Positions 13,223 through 25,904 of a DNA stretch of 64,000 nt are shown here, piece after piece. The notes under the pieces are model-generated. The model was not told where the DNA came from, made no database searches, and was given only the letters and a program-made list of their open reading frames with translations. The first letter of the stretch is position 1; every line of letters starts with the position of its first letter. A program made the translations under genes and the position numbers. The stretch comes from Tricharina praecox (taxonomy: Eukaryota), in the NCBI RefSeq assembly GCF_024521635.1, contig NW_026250406.1, positions 558,001 to 622,000 on the forward strand, in the 5' to 3' direction.

Positions 13223-14229
13223 ACGCGTGACGCACCGGTAAGGATCTGTCAGAATCCGCGGAATTCAGAATGGAGAGGCAGGCGAAGAGGAAAGAAGCTG
13301 CTGCACTGTCCGTTCGCCTGCCTTCCTTAATGATCGACATCGTATCGAATTCGAATGCGCCGCCACATTGGAAGTCCAGTCAAGCCGAGAATGTCTCATC
13401 GTCGATGAACGACAGGCGAAGGGTACGTCTACCACGTAGGGAACCACGTTGTTGCAGAGCGGCGGGAGATGTCGGCGAGGGAAGAAAGCAACAGCAGGGA
13501 ACCAGAGGAGGACTTGTCGCAGCAGGGAGCATCAACGTTGCGGCGGTGCCGGGGCCAGCGAGTCGTCCGTCTGCTCTCTTAGTTGTCTTTTCCGTCGTCT
13601 TCTTCTTCTTTCGATTTTATCATCCATCGAATAGACGATCAACCCTCCATATCTTCTCCTTCTTTTGTGTGTGCTCTCCCTCTCGATCCCGCCTCCCGCA
13701 TAGGGGGTGACGGGTAAATGAACCGTCCGCAAAACGTCTCTAACGATGCAGGGATTGAGATGACCACAAGCACTTTTCTGTCTCTTCCACCACTATGTCA
13801 AAGCTGTTGCCGTTCGTTCGACTCGATGGACCTGGGCGTCGACAAGTTGGTTTCTCCACAGCGGCTTCATTGGCTTCGCCGGTGCGGAAGTGAAAAAGGT
13901 TGGATCCCCCATGGAGCATCCATCAGGTAGAGAAGAAAAAGGAACTGACGTCTCCCCTAACAAGAGATGGCCGCAACCTCATTGCTTGAATACTGCCCCA
14001 CGGTAGACTCCAGAGAGATCTACATTCCCTCCCCTACCCCGATTCCCCCAAAGCCGTCAATATGGGATCTTCTCAGGCTTTTGCTGCAGAGCGATTTCAC
14101 GCTGCAACCTCCTATTCTCTTCCATCACCATTCTCCTTCCCGTCTCTTCCATTTCCATGAGCCCTTTCAGCTGTTGATCCTAACGAGAGCATACCGCCAT
14201 TAAATTCCTTCCCATACACAGGAACGCTC

Positions 14230-17200
14230 ACACAAGTCGTTGGTCGTGCAGGCTTCGACTTCATCTTTGGCTGAAGAAAACCGGTTCAGATGATTGGTAG
14301 AACTATGGAGGTGAGAGTCGTCTATTTCATTTTTTCCGTTGGGCGAGAAGGCCTTCCCATCAGTGATACTTCTGATTCGCTATTTTCCAGTTGTCAATAC
14401 AAAATGAACGGCCAAGGGATCGATTGCAGCTCACCAGATGCTTCAATGCGTTTTACCCTGAATGCGCCATTGCTGTGGTTGAATGGCAATTCCGAGGAGG
14501 TGAACTGGCCTGATTGTAATTCCTCTCGATTATGCTAGACGATCCGGTGTTTCAGCACCACCTCCTCGACTTCATGATAATGAACACCAATCCCGGAAGG
14601 CCTTGCGGAGACCACGTTCGAATCCACCGCTGGAATCCGCGCTCATCAGGGCCGGCACATCCTTCCGGCACAGGTAGCGATCGCTTTTCGATGAGGGGTT
14701 GCCAATGTAGTCCTGAAGAATAGTACTGGCGTGATTGGCAGTCGGGTCATGTTTCTGTTTTTTACCATTTATTAGTTTCTAAAAGATAAAAAATGAGGTC
14801 CTTGGTGAATACCGTTTTCTGCAGTGATTTTGGCCGTGGTACATAGACACGTTCTTCACAGTCCGTCGTGCGGACTTAATTTACTCCTTAGCTAAGAAAC
14901 GGTTCCGATAATTGGACGGTGGAGGATGAGAATCGTGTAACTTGGTATGATAGAGTAGAGGTCGGTATAGTAGAGGGCGATATAGTAGAGGGCGGCTATC
15001 CCAGCAGTCATCACTTCAGATCCGCTACTCTTTTCCAGATGTCAGTAAAGAATACGGAGACAAGAGACCGAGTGCAGCTCACCACATGTTTCAGTTATCC
15101 TTTTTACCTCGAATGCACCATTGTTGTGGTTAATGGCCATTCCAAGGAGATGAACCAGCCTGTTGGTGATTCCACTCATGCTTGACGAATCGACGATCCG
15201 GTATTTCACCACCGCCTCCTCAGCTTCATGGAAATGAACAGCGATCCCGAAAGGCCCTGAGGAGACCCCGTTCGAGTCCACCGCGGAATCCGCACCCATG
15301 AGGGGCGACACATTCTTCTGGCACGGGCGGCAGCGATCGTTTCTCGAGGAGGGGTTGTGGATGTCGTAAAGAAGAATAGTAGTAGGCGGCGCCGGTAACC
15401 GGGTCTTCTTTCTGTTTCTTCGCGTTTGTAAATTGTCAGTTTGTAAATTAAATTAAAATAAATATGAGGTCCTTGGTGAATACCGTTCTATGAAGTGATT
15501 TTGAACGCCGGCCGCATACGAGTGATTGTCGGGGTCTTATGTAATTATCTAGTACTATGATAGCTGTACGGCCGCAATCCAAGCCATGACACAAAACTGC
15601 ACGCCAAGTAGTTTGAACCGGTGCCGCAAAAGATGTCGTATAGCTGAGAGGAGCCGGTAATTCATTGTCGTTGTGTAGTAGTGGATGAGGCCCATGGTCA
15701 AGTTCGTCCACTTATAAACATTCGCTCGTCGAGGAATTCGGATGAGGAGATGATTCGGTAAACGGTTTCCGAGCGCCGCGTACGTTTCCGTGGCTATCGG
15801 TGACAGGCTCATCATCTGATGTCTTCGACTTTCCTACCATAATTTTGGCCGGAATGTCCTCGCCGTCGTCTAACCTTATCCAGGTGGTCTTCGAAGCCTC
15901 GAAGTGCTTAACATTGGAGTGTAGAGGCGTATCACAGATTCACAGATGTCAAGATTTCGTACGGCGGGCTTTGCAACGGCAAAGGTTTCGGCAGAAGCTC
16001 ATCCGAACCGTCGGTAACGCGGACTTCAACTTCATCCTTGGCTAAGAAGCGGTTCTGATAGTTCGTGGACCGTGGATGTATAGGTAGTCGTAATATTCGT
16101 CTTTTTCGGCCTTCCGTTCGGCGAGGGGGCCTTCCCATCAGTGATCACTTCGGATTCGCTATTTCTAGTTGTCAATACGAAACGAACAGCCAAGAGACCG
16201 ATTTGCAGCTCACCACACGATTCAATTTTTTTTCACTCGAATGCGCCATTGTTGTGGTTGATGACCATTCTGCTGAGATGAACTGGCCGGCTTGCGATTC
16301 TGTTCGACTATTCGACGATCAGGTAACTCACCACCGCCTCCTCAACTTCATGGGAATGAACACTAATCCCGAAAGACCCCGAGAAGACCGCGTTCGAATC
16401 CACTGCTGTAATCCGCGCCCAGCAGGGCCGGAAAATCCTTCAGGCACGGGCAGCAATCGCTTCTCGACGAGGAGTTGCCGTGGTCGTTAAGACGAATTGT
16501 AATGGGCGGCATCGGTAAACGGGTCTTCTTTTTGCTTCTTACGTTTTGTCAGTTTGCAAAAAAAATAAAAATGGTCCTTGGAGAATACCGTTTTATGCAG
16601 TGATTTTAGCCGTAGTAAACCGACCAGTTGATCACAGTGGGCCGTGTGGGCTTCGACTTCCTCCATGGCTGAGAACCGGTTCAGACAATCGTTTGACGTA
16701 CGGGGGTGAGAGTCCCTTTTTTCGGTTTTCTGTTCGGCCTTCCCATCAGTGGTGACTGCTGATTCGCTATTTGCTGGTTTTAAATACAAAATGAATAGCC
16801 AAGGAACAGATATGCAGCTCACCACACGGTTCAATTTTGTGTACTCGAATACGCCATTGTTATGGTTGAATGGCCATTTTGAGGAGATGAGCTGGCCTGC
16901 TTGTGATTCCGCTCGACTATGCTGGACGGTCCGGTATTTCACTGCCTCCTGAGCTTCATGCGAAGAACACCCATTCCGAAAGGCCCCGCGGATACCGCGT
17001 TCGAATCTCCCACTGCAATCCACGCTTCACGGGAGGAGCGGCACAAAATTCCGGCACGGGTAGTGAACGTTTGTCGAGGAAGGGTTGCCAACGTCGTAAA
17101 GAAGAATAGTAACTGGCTGCTTCGGTAATTGAGTCTTCTTTCTATTTCTTGCACTTTGTCAGTTTGCAGATTCGTCTTCGATTTTCCGTTCGGCGAGGGC

Positions 17201-19780
17201 GGCTATAGCCTATCCCATCAGTCATCGCTGCAGATCCGCTGCTATTTACCAGATATCAGTACAGAATGCCGAGTCGAGAGACCGATTGCAGCTCACCTGA
17301 TGCTTTATGTATTTTTCCCCCTCGAATCCATCATTGTTATGGTTGAATGACCATTCCGAGGAGACGGATTGGCCTGCTTGTGATTACGCTCGATTGTGCT
17401 CGATAATCCAGTATTTCACCGACTCCTGAGCTTCATGGAGGTGAACACCGATCTCGAAAGGCCCTGCGGAGACCACGTACGAATCTACCGTTGTAATCCG
17501 CGCTCAGTATCGCATCCTTCCGGCACGGGCAGCGATGGCTTCTCGAGGAGGGGTTGCCGATATCCTGGATACAAAAAATAGCATTGGGCGGCATCGACAA
17601 TCTGGTCTTCTTTGTGTTTCTTACCATTCGTTGGTTTGGAAAAAAAAAAAAAAATTAGGTCCTTGGTGAATACCGTTTTGTGCAGTGATTTTGGCCGTGG
17701 TAAACAGGCAAGTTCATCACGGTCGGCCGTGCGGGCTTCGGCTTCATCCATGACTGAGAAGTGGTTCCGATAATTGGTGGATGATGTAGGGGGGTAATTC
17801 GCGGATGATGTAGGGGGTAATTCGCCTTATTCGTTTCTCCGTTCGACGAGGTGAGCGATGGCAACACTCCAGACCTGGTATTATTTCCCATTTGTCAATA
17901 TAGAATTAACCGCCAAGGGACGGATTGCAGCTCTCCACATGCTTCGATTATCTTTCTACCTCGAATGTACCATTGTTGTGGTTGATTGGCCATTCGGAGG
18001 AGATGAACTACCTAGCCTGCTTGTCGTTCCGCTCGAGTATGCTTGACGATTTGGTATTTCAACGCCTCCTGAGCCCATGTTTGCTCAGCTTCATGGAGAT
18101 GAACACCGAGCCCGAAAGGCCTGAGGAGACCGCTTTCAAATGCAGCGTTGCAATCCCTGCTCTGCGGAGGCGGCGGCACAACTTTCCGGCAAGGGTAGAA
18201 ATCGCTCTGCGAGGTGGGATTGCCGCAGTCGTAAAGAAGGATGGTAACGGGCGGCGAAGGCAATAGAATCTTCTTTCTGTTTCTTGGCTTCTGTCAGTTT
18301 GCAAAACAAAAAAAAAAATCGTATGAAGTCCTTGGTGAATACCGTATTATTCAGCTAATTTGGCCGTCGAGCACGGAAGATTGATCTTAGGGGTCTTGTG
18401 TAAAATGCCAGTGTAATGATAGCCCGTGCCGCCGGCATCCGGGCCATGACAATCATCCCCACACCACGCAGTTTGTTCCGGTGCCGCAAAAGATGCCGTA
18501 TTGTAGCTGAGAGTAGACAGGAAGTCATTGTCCTTCTGCGGTAGTCGATAAGCTTCGTGGTCAATGTCGTCCTCTTGGAAGCACTCACTCGTCGAGATAT
18601 TCCCATGGTGAGGTGATTCGGGCAACGGTTTTCGAATGCTGCGGATGGCCCCGTAGCTATATTCCAATTGAGTCAGCACAATGAAGCGGAAACCGGAAGA
18701 CATTGTGGTCAATAAGAGGACCGCGATAAAGGACAACGGCGGATGGATATAGAGTGAAAGTGAATTGGTACATACAGTCCTGACGTAAATTCTATCGTAT
18801 CTCTGGCTATCGGTGATAGGCTCATCATCTGATTCTTCGACTTTCCTGCCCCCATGTTGGCTGGAGCGTACGCGTTGTCGTCTGCTCTGATCGGGGAGAT
18901 TTTCGTAGCCGCGTGGTGCCTGACACTGGAATGTAGACTCGATTTATCACAGATGTCTAGATTTCGCATGGCTGGCTTTGCAACGGCAATAGTTATGGCA
19001 GTCTTTAACAACGGCTCGCGAGGTTGCGCCCTCCTGCCGCCTGCTCGAGATTCCGCTCGACTATGCTCGACGATCCGAGGTGTCACCGCCTTCTTCGTGG
19101 CTTCATGGCGATGAACACCGAGCCTGAATGACGCCGAGGTGACCGTGTTCAAATTCACCGCTGCAAACCGTGCTGAGCAGGAGCAGCAGAAGCTTCCGGC
19201 TCGGGAAGCGATCGCTTCCTGGGGAGGGAATACCGACGTCGTGAAGAAGAGTAGTAACGGGCTGCGTCGGTAATCAGGTTTTATTTCTGTTTCTTGCCCT
19301 TTGTCAGTTTGCAGAGAATAATGTGGAGTTGGTGGTGAATACCGTTTTACGCAGTGATTCTGGCCGTCGGGTGCAAAGGAGTGATCGTCGGGGTCTTATG
19401 AAGGATTCCATTGCTATGATAGCCGTGCCGACAGCTTCCTGGCCATGACAGTCAGCTCTGAGCCGAGTAGTTAGTACCACAGCCTCAAAAGATGCCGGAG
19501 TTGGTACATACAGTCCTAAGATACATCCCGTCATTCCTCTGGCTATCAGTAAGAGGCTCACCTGGTTCTTCACTTCCCTGCCCCCATTTTGGATGAGCGT
19601 ACTCGGTGTAGTTTGCGCCGATCGAGGAGGTCTTCGAAGCCGCTAAGTGCTTGACATTGGAATGTAGAGACTTGTCACGGATGTTGAGATTTCGTATGGA
19701 CGGCTTTGCAACAGGGAGATCTCGTATGGCGGGCTTTGCAACGGGGAGATTTCTTATAGCGGGATTTTGCAACGGGGATG
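14230..19780 (-). repeat. Degenerate tandem array of ~500-670-bp modules (about 7 cores plus 3 extension segments) with intron-like segments; probable decayed gene-module array
   Basis: Degenerate markers recur. 'tgcagctcacca' ~14426, 15073, 16204, 16813, 17288, 17927. 'tccggcac' ~14664, 15318, 16440, 17050, 17519, 18185, 19195. 'gtccttggtgaataccg' ~14798, 15469, 16574, 17659, 18328, 19331. Similar peptides (KSLHKTVFTKD, HEAEEAVKYRIV, NHNNGAFE) recur in the minus-strand ORF track. Confidence 0.9.
19687..19777. repeat. 30-bp minisatellite, 3 copies
   Basis: Unit approx. gagatttcgtatggcgggctttgcaacggg, repeated three times; reads IRNLPVAKPA-like on the minus strand. Confidence 0.85.
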
Positions 19781-20565
19781 TATCGGTAGTCGTCAACAAC
19801 GGCCCCCGAGATTTCGTCCCTCTGGCGACTGCTCGACAGCTTTTTCGGCGGTATCGTTTGTTCGGCACTGCTGCTGGTGTCTCGAGAGCACGAATATTCG
19901 AAGTTGCTGTTCGGGCGGAAGTATGAAGGCTGATGGAAGGGCCAAAAGTGACTTCATTGTAGAGTGCTTCAGTGTACGAGGTGCGGTACATGCCGGGCTC
20001 AAAGAAAATAGATTGGGGCCAACCATATCCAGCCACCACCGCCATCAATGGTCAACCTCTAACTCGGGAACCAGCCGCGGCATAGCGGCAGGAACCTTCG
20101 CTTTGCCGCTCTGGCCATCCTCTTACAGTTGTCTCGGGTTTGGAACGGTCGGAATACAGGAGTCACCATGGCGGCATAGACCGTATTTGTGATGTGTAAA
20201 ACTGCAATGCTTGGCACCTTCCTCGGTGAAATCAAGTGTATTGTATCGCTGTTCTCCTGTAGGTTCAGGCTTTTCGCAGACTAGATTAGGATAAAACAAC
20301 GTTTGGTTGACGTCAAAAGACGCCAGCAATATAGAAGGGTATGATCGAGTGATGTCGCATCCCCGCCTCCCCGCCTCCCCGCCTCCCCGCATCTTCTTGC
20401 ATCTCACCCGCTCTTGCCCTCTTCCTCGCCGCACGTAACGACCTCCACGCAACCACTTCCCACACTCCCCACCCCCTCTACCTCATTTACCATCACCAGA
20501 ACTCACAACACCGCAAAAAAAGCCTACATTTACTACACTACCGCCCCCGGCCCCGCGACCAAAAA

Positions 20566-21276
20566 ATGGAGAAGTCCACCCCGCCCCACCCCCACAAGAA
20601 AAGCATGCGTTTTGCTCTTCCCGACAAGGAACATCCCATAGCCGCCGCCGGCGACCGGTCCAGACCCGTTTCGAAGGCAGGTGACCGCTCCACACCCGTT
20701 TCGAAGGCCGGTGACCGCTCCAAACCCGTTTCGAAGGCCGGCGACCGCTCCCGAACCGCTTCGAAGGCCGGTGACTCCCACAGATCCAAGCTACCGAACA
20801 CGCCCATTGCGAACGCCCGCCAGCCTTCCATTCCAGAACAACAGCAACCCATCCGTTCTCTTGTCGGCGACTACATGCGATTCGAAGACACCATGCGCAG
20901 CTTCTCGACGCTTACTCTCGCGCGGCCCGACATACGCCACCCGCTTCCAGCGCGCCCGCCGATTCCCCTGCGTGAGATCCCGTTCCACCCGGCGCAGCGT
21001 TCCGTCATCGTTGCCAAGACGGGTACGCACGAGACTGTTCGGGCTTGGGCGGAACAGTTCGGTCCCGTCGAGAGTTGCAGTCTTTACCCCGGGATGGGAC
21101 ACATCAACTTCTTCCGGTCGGCGGACGCCAGGAGGTGTGTCCTTGAGGGAAAGGGCGAATGGAGTTCTGCCCGGAATGTGTACATCGAGATCGGTGTCAG
21201 GGTGGGAGAGTGGGGTGTTTCTCAGGAAGGAGGTGCCGTGGGACACGTGGACAGTTGGACTCCTCCGCAGTGGTGA
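20566..21276 (+). CDS. Hypothetical 236-aa protein with N-terminal 10-aa repeats and a divergent RRM-like C-terminal domain
   Basis: ATG-initiated ORF (aaaaATGG context). Contains (AGDRSxPVSK)x4. RSVIV..HETVRAWAEQFGPVESCSLYPGMGHINFFRSADARRC resembles the RRM beta1-alpha1-FG-beta2-beta3(RNP1)-alpha2 layout. Confidence 0.6.
   Translation: MEKSTPPHPHKKSMRFALPDKEHPIAAAGDRSRPVSKAGDRSTPVSKAGDRSKPVSKAGDRSRTASKAGDSHRSKLPNTPIANARQPSIPEQQQPIRSLVGDYMRFEDTMRSFSTLTLARPDIRHPLPARPPIPLREIPFHPAQRSVIVAKTGTHETVRAWAEQFGPVESCSLYPGMGHINFFRSADARRCVLEGKGEWSSARNVYIEIGVRVGEWGVSQEGGAVGHVDSWTPPQW
20647..20775 (+). repeat. Coding 30-bp minisatellite, ~4.3 copies
   Basis: Unit gccggtgaccgctccNNacccgtttcgaag, repeated in frame. 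Confidence 0.95.
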
Positions 21277-22559
21277 GGTGGCGCGCGAAAAGTGGACAGT
21301 TGGAGGGGAGTGTGAGGTTCAACAATACTGACGAGATCTTTGGTGATGAGTACGATGGCAAGTGAATTCAGGGCGCATGATGGTCGAAATCGGCATGATA
21401 CGATAGTGGCAAAAAGGGCAGAGGATGTAGTAGTCTAGGAGGTGGTGGCGAGTGGGGAGATTCTTCTTGGCTACTTCAATCCGGTGGGGGCGGATACTTG
21501 AACCACGTCTTGTCTACTATACTACCATTACCTGATCGCCTTGTTCTCATATTGCACTCTCAAACGCCGCGCTTTAGAATAATAACGTGAAATGACCTAG
21601 TCGTGAAGGAGGTGGATGTATGATAGTATCGGCATTTCCGACGTATGGCATACGGGAGTGGAAACGAGAAGCAGCAAGGAGAGATGATAAAATCATGACA
21701 AGAGAAACTGCCATACGAATTCACAGCTCCACATTCTTGCTAGTTTTTTCTCTACAAGTACTAAACAGTATCACCAGTTTTCCCATCCCAATAATGCGTT
21801 CCTTTATTGCATACTTCGATGTTCGCCTACAGCCATCTAGATTTCACATGGCCGCTGTCATCCATCCCGCAACCGTAATTATCGGGTGACAACCGACTCT
21901 TGCCTCTTCAGAAGTGGATGTTATGAACGGGATTGCAGTGGGAAGGAACGGCGCCTCAACCCCAACACCCTCCTCAACTTCACCACCACCCTCCTCCTCC
22001 TCGAGTCGCCTCAGCTCTTCAACCTCAGCACCCTCATCAACCTCAATACCCTCCTCCTCCTCCTCCTCCTCCTCGTCGTCGAGTCGCCCCAGCTCCTCGG
22101 CTACACCCTCTCCATCCTCTCCATCCTCTCCTCCCGCTCCCATAGCTCCCACTCTCACACTCGGACAAGTCACCTGCTACATCTTTCTACCCAACAATGA
22201 GAATCGGTTTGCGGTTGCTTGATCGGAGAAAGTACTCGTGGACTTGGCCGGGGCTGCCCTACTTGGTGATCGTGATCGTGAAAACGACTTGCATGCTACT
22301 CCCAACGACCATTCTCTGATACATACAGCACTTGACCGAGCCTTTGACACATTGAGTAGATAGGATAGTAATAGAGTCTGGTGCCGTGTTCAATTTGCAG
22401 ACACTCTAATCCCCAAACAAGGAAGCAAGTTCCCGAGTACCTAGCCATCCTCAACACCAACGAGTGATGTCCATGAGTCAGTCACCTAACAGAACACACC
22501 ACCCACACCAACGGCAAATAAAATCTTTAGCGAAAAGTGAAGCGTAATGTAAAACGTAA

Positions 22560-24070
22560 AGTAGAATCTTATACAGAAGTGGTATTGGTATCTAGTGCCG
22601 CATTTTGAATTAAAAAATACAGAGCACCGCATCCATCATCCATCCGTTCGCAAACCATTCCCCATCGAGTAGGAAAAGTCTTCCTAATCCACCAGAAAGC
22701 CTTTCCCATAAAACATTCCTCGTCAACAGGTATCGCCAGTTCCTCAACGGTGCGAGCCCGACAACGAAGGGAATTGTATCCCAAACTGGACGAATTGTAC
22801 CCTCTGCGTAAATCGGTTAAGACATCCCCTCTGAGGGGGAAGACATGCTGTCGGTGGGTGAAGACCCGGAGAACTGTGTCGCGTAGCCGTCATCGGGTTC
22901 CATACCGCTGCCTTCGAACGTCGGGGAAACGAAACGGCAATCATCTTCCGATTCTGTGTCAGAATTGGAGTCATGCTCCGATTTCGCGACGGTAACGGCC
23001 ACTTGCAGCCTATAAATACAGGCAACAAATCTATACAGATTAGAGTTGAAAACAATTCTGCTGTCCGGAATATTGACCCACCTTAGAAGTTGTACTGCTG
23101 TCTGGGTACCAGCAACCGAGTGACATCGGTGGTCGCAGTTCGGACGACTTTAGTGTCGGAAGGTGGGATGTTTGAGGCTGGAACGTTTCATTGTATTAGA
23201 GAAGGGGGAATACATGGAAAGGAGAGTGAGGTACGGTGAGTGCTTGCCTTAAATTCGTGGTTTTTTGTTTACTCATCATAGCATTCGACCTTATCAGAGC
23301 ATGGCTCTCCACACCTCCAGTTCCTTCCCACTGTCTCCGACCGCTGATCGCGAACTCGATGTGGGTTCCCCATTGCCCTCCGCCCGGCCTATCCGCACAT
23401 GGAAACAATGAGACAAAGGAGGAATAAAAATGTAACGACCAAAAATAAGGGTTTGGATAGTGATAGAGGTTAGCTGCAGTTCGAGTGGAAAGAAAATGCC
23501 CCCGAGGGCTGAAATGTAGTGTTGATGATGGTTATAAGTTGGTGGTGAGAGGTAGAGGGCATGACGAGGAGAAGGAATGGTAAGAAGAAGTAGGAAGGGT
23601 GGGAAGCAGAGGGAATGGTGGCTATCTTATAGGTAGGGAGGCGGCCAAAAATAACAAGGCGGCCAAAAAATAGGAAGGCGGCCAAAAAAAGTAGGAATGT
23701 GGCCAAAAAATAAAAAGCCGGCCAAAAAATAGGAAGGCGGCCAAAAAAAAAATAGGGATTCAATCACGCAACCGCTCCCACCCCCCCCACCTACCCTCCC
23801 CCGCCGATCAGTAAAGCAACTCGCAACTGAAGAGCAGGGAAATTTAATTTGCTGTTTTCTTCATTTGTCTCGCCCAGCCTATGCAGCCTATGACGAAATG
23901 AGCTGCCCGGGTTGGAATCCTGTCTGCAGGCAAGAAACCTGGCACGTAAGTAACTCACACCCCTCCACCATAAGCCTGGGCAACATAACGATGCAGGTAG
24001 AGTGCACATGGGAGAGTACACGACAATGACAGCCTTCAAAGGAACGTCTTACCTAGGCCTCCACTTTCTG
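22560..24070 (-). pseudogene. Repeat family B, copy 2
   Basis: Direct similarity to 4580-5900, including the same intron-like segment at 23010-23081. Confidence 0.65.
23640..23757. repeat. ~19-20-bp minisatellite (ggcggccaaaaaataggaa) x6
   Basis: Directly visible; the paralogous site at ~5575-5593 has a single unit. Confidence 0.9.
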
Positions 24071-24832
24071 TCCCTACTCCCCCTCAACTGGACCCATCTC
24101 CTCCGCCACCTCCCACTGCAGGCTCTAGCCGCCGCCTTATCCATCCGTCGTAAAGTTGCCGCTTGCGGCTTCACACGTCATGATATTACATCTAGCGACT
24201 TGTAGCCACTTCTTCTGCGTAGCGCTACTACTTAGTGGACCACTAAAGCGAGACCGGTAATGAGAAGAGAGGGAATCAAAATTTTCCTGCATTGTCAATA
24301 CTGCATATTTGTGTTGTATCGAGTGCGAAGATTTGACTGGCTGCATAGGTTTTCACTCGCTCCACCGTTCAAACCAGCGCCACGGAGTGTCAGATCTGGA
24401 CTGGACTAGACCTGGGTTGTTATGAAGTGTTTACTCTGTCGTGTAAACAGGCCGTTGCTTTTTGCTTGACTGCCTATCCTCAACCGTTATTCCTACTTCA
24501 ACCAACCTGTACGATTATGAACTGATACAGCATGCCGTCAAGCTCTCGCTTCACAAGCTCCTTCTACCAGTAAATGGAGGACATTATTGGGGGAAGTCTA
24601 ATTGTATTTAGTATTTCAACTTTCGAGTTCTAACTGCACTGCGATTGTGATATACGCCGGTGGCGGACACGTAAGAAAGATGAAGAGAATAGTTATGTTG
24701 ATGATCTAGCTACCGCTCAGAGCGCAATCTCATAGCTTTAATGCCATTCCTCTGCAAATATCCTTCGATCCTATCATCCTGGCTTTTTATCCGATCTACA
24801 ATCTCCCCTTCCGTATCATCTGATCTTTTCAT

Positions 24833-25008
24833 ATCCATCTCCAAGAACAGCAAACATCGTATGCATCAGCCTCGTATCTCATATTGATATAAATCTCCAA
24901 GAACAGCAAACATCATGTCCATCATACTATCCATCTCAATCCTATCTCATCTTTTCATATCCATCCCCAAGAACAGCAAACATCATATCCATCTCCAAAA
25001 ACAGCAAA
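24833..25008. repeat. Four copies of a ~22-26-bp motif (atccatctccaagaacagcaaacatc) with variable spacing
   Basis: Copies at 24833, 24893, 24959 and 24987. Confidence 0.85.
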
Positions 25009-25379
25009 GGGAAGCGTGGTGCCGTGGCGTTGACCGGGGCGGTGATCAGCCGCTGGCTGGGGCATTGGTGATGAGCTAGAGGAGGCGCCGGTAGCGATGA
25101 AGGGTGGTGCCGTGGTGCTGACCGGGACGGTGATGAGCCGCAGCGGTTTTCTTCCGGAAGCAGTCCAGGACGTATGCGAAGATCACAACGGGGCTCGTCA
25201 TCGCCGCGAAGACGATAAGAACCCAGGTGAACGCGACCTCGAACCAGTGCCAGTGTCTCTAGAGCGAGAAGCCAACGAGGATCAGTCCGAGGGCCATCAG
25301 CGGTGAGGCGTGATATAGTCCCCAGAGACGGTCCGTATCCGTTGGAGCCTTTCCGGCCCACGGAGTTAGGAGGTGATTC

Positions 25380-25632
25380 AACAATGGCAACCGCAGTGGG
25401 TTGATGTGTCGTAAAGGCAAGTTGTAATTGTAAAAATAGTAGGAAGTTGCAAAGGAAAAGGAAAGAAAAGGGATGAGGAAAATTATGAACGGGACTCGAA
25501 TGGGATGATAAGGTAAGGAGTAAGAAGAGGAAGAGATGAGGAGATGAGAAGATGAGAGCTTTGCTCCGGGTTGTCGGATGGGAGTTTCGATCCTAGTGGA
25601 TTGTGGATTGCAAAGTTGATACCCCGGAGGGC
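25380..25632 (-). repeat. Repeat family A, partial third copy
   Basis: Matches 26170-26220 and 26440-26540 directly, and 680-1003 in reverse complement. Confidence 0.8.
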
Positions 25633-25904
25633 TTAATCGGTTCTGGAGCGCATCGTTGAACTTGAGAATGACGTTAGCCCGATCGATAAGAACTGAAGGG
25701 GACGAGAATGTGACTTACGAAGTGGCCGAAGAGCTCGCCAAGAATTATCGCAATAAAGGGTGCAAGGGATTGTTGAAACGATTGATACGGTTATAGCCCG
25801 TTTCTTCGAGGATTATAATGACCAGAAGAAGCCCAAAGGCAACTAAACCGACAGCAACCCACCATGCCTGACGCCAGGTAATTAACTTGGGCTCGGTTTT
25901 GGGA

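Noticed and set aside
20647..20775. 30-bp repeats containing the palindromic TTCGAA as a CRISPR array
   Set aside because: No unique spacers, the repeats are in frame within an ORF, there are no cas genes, and the context is eukaryotic.
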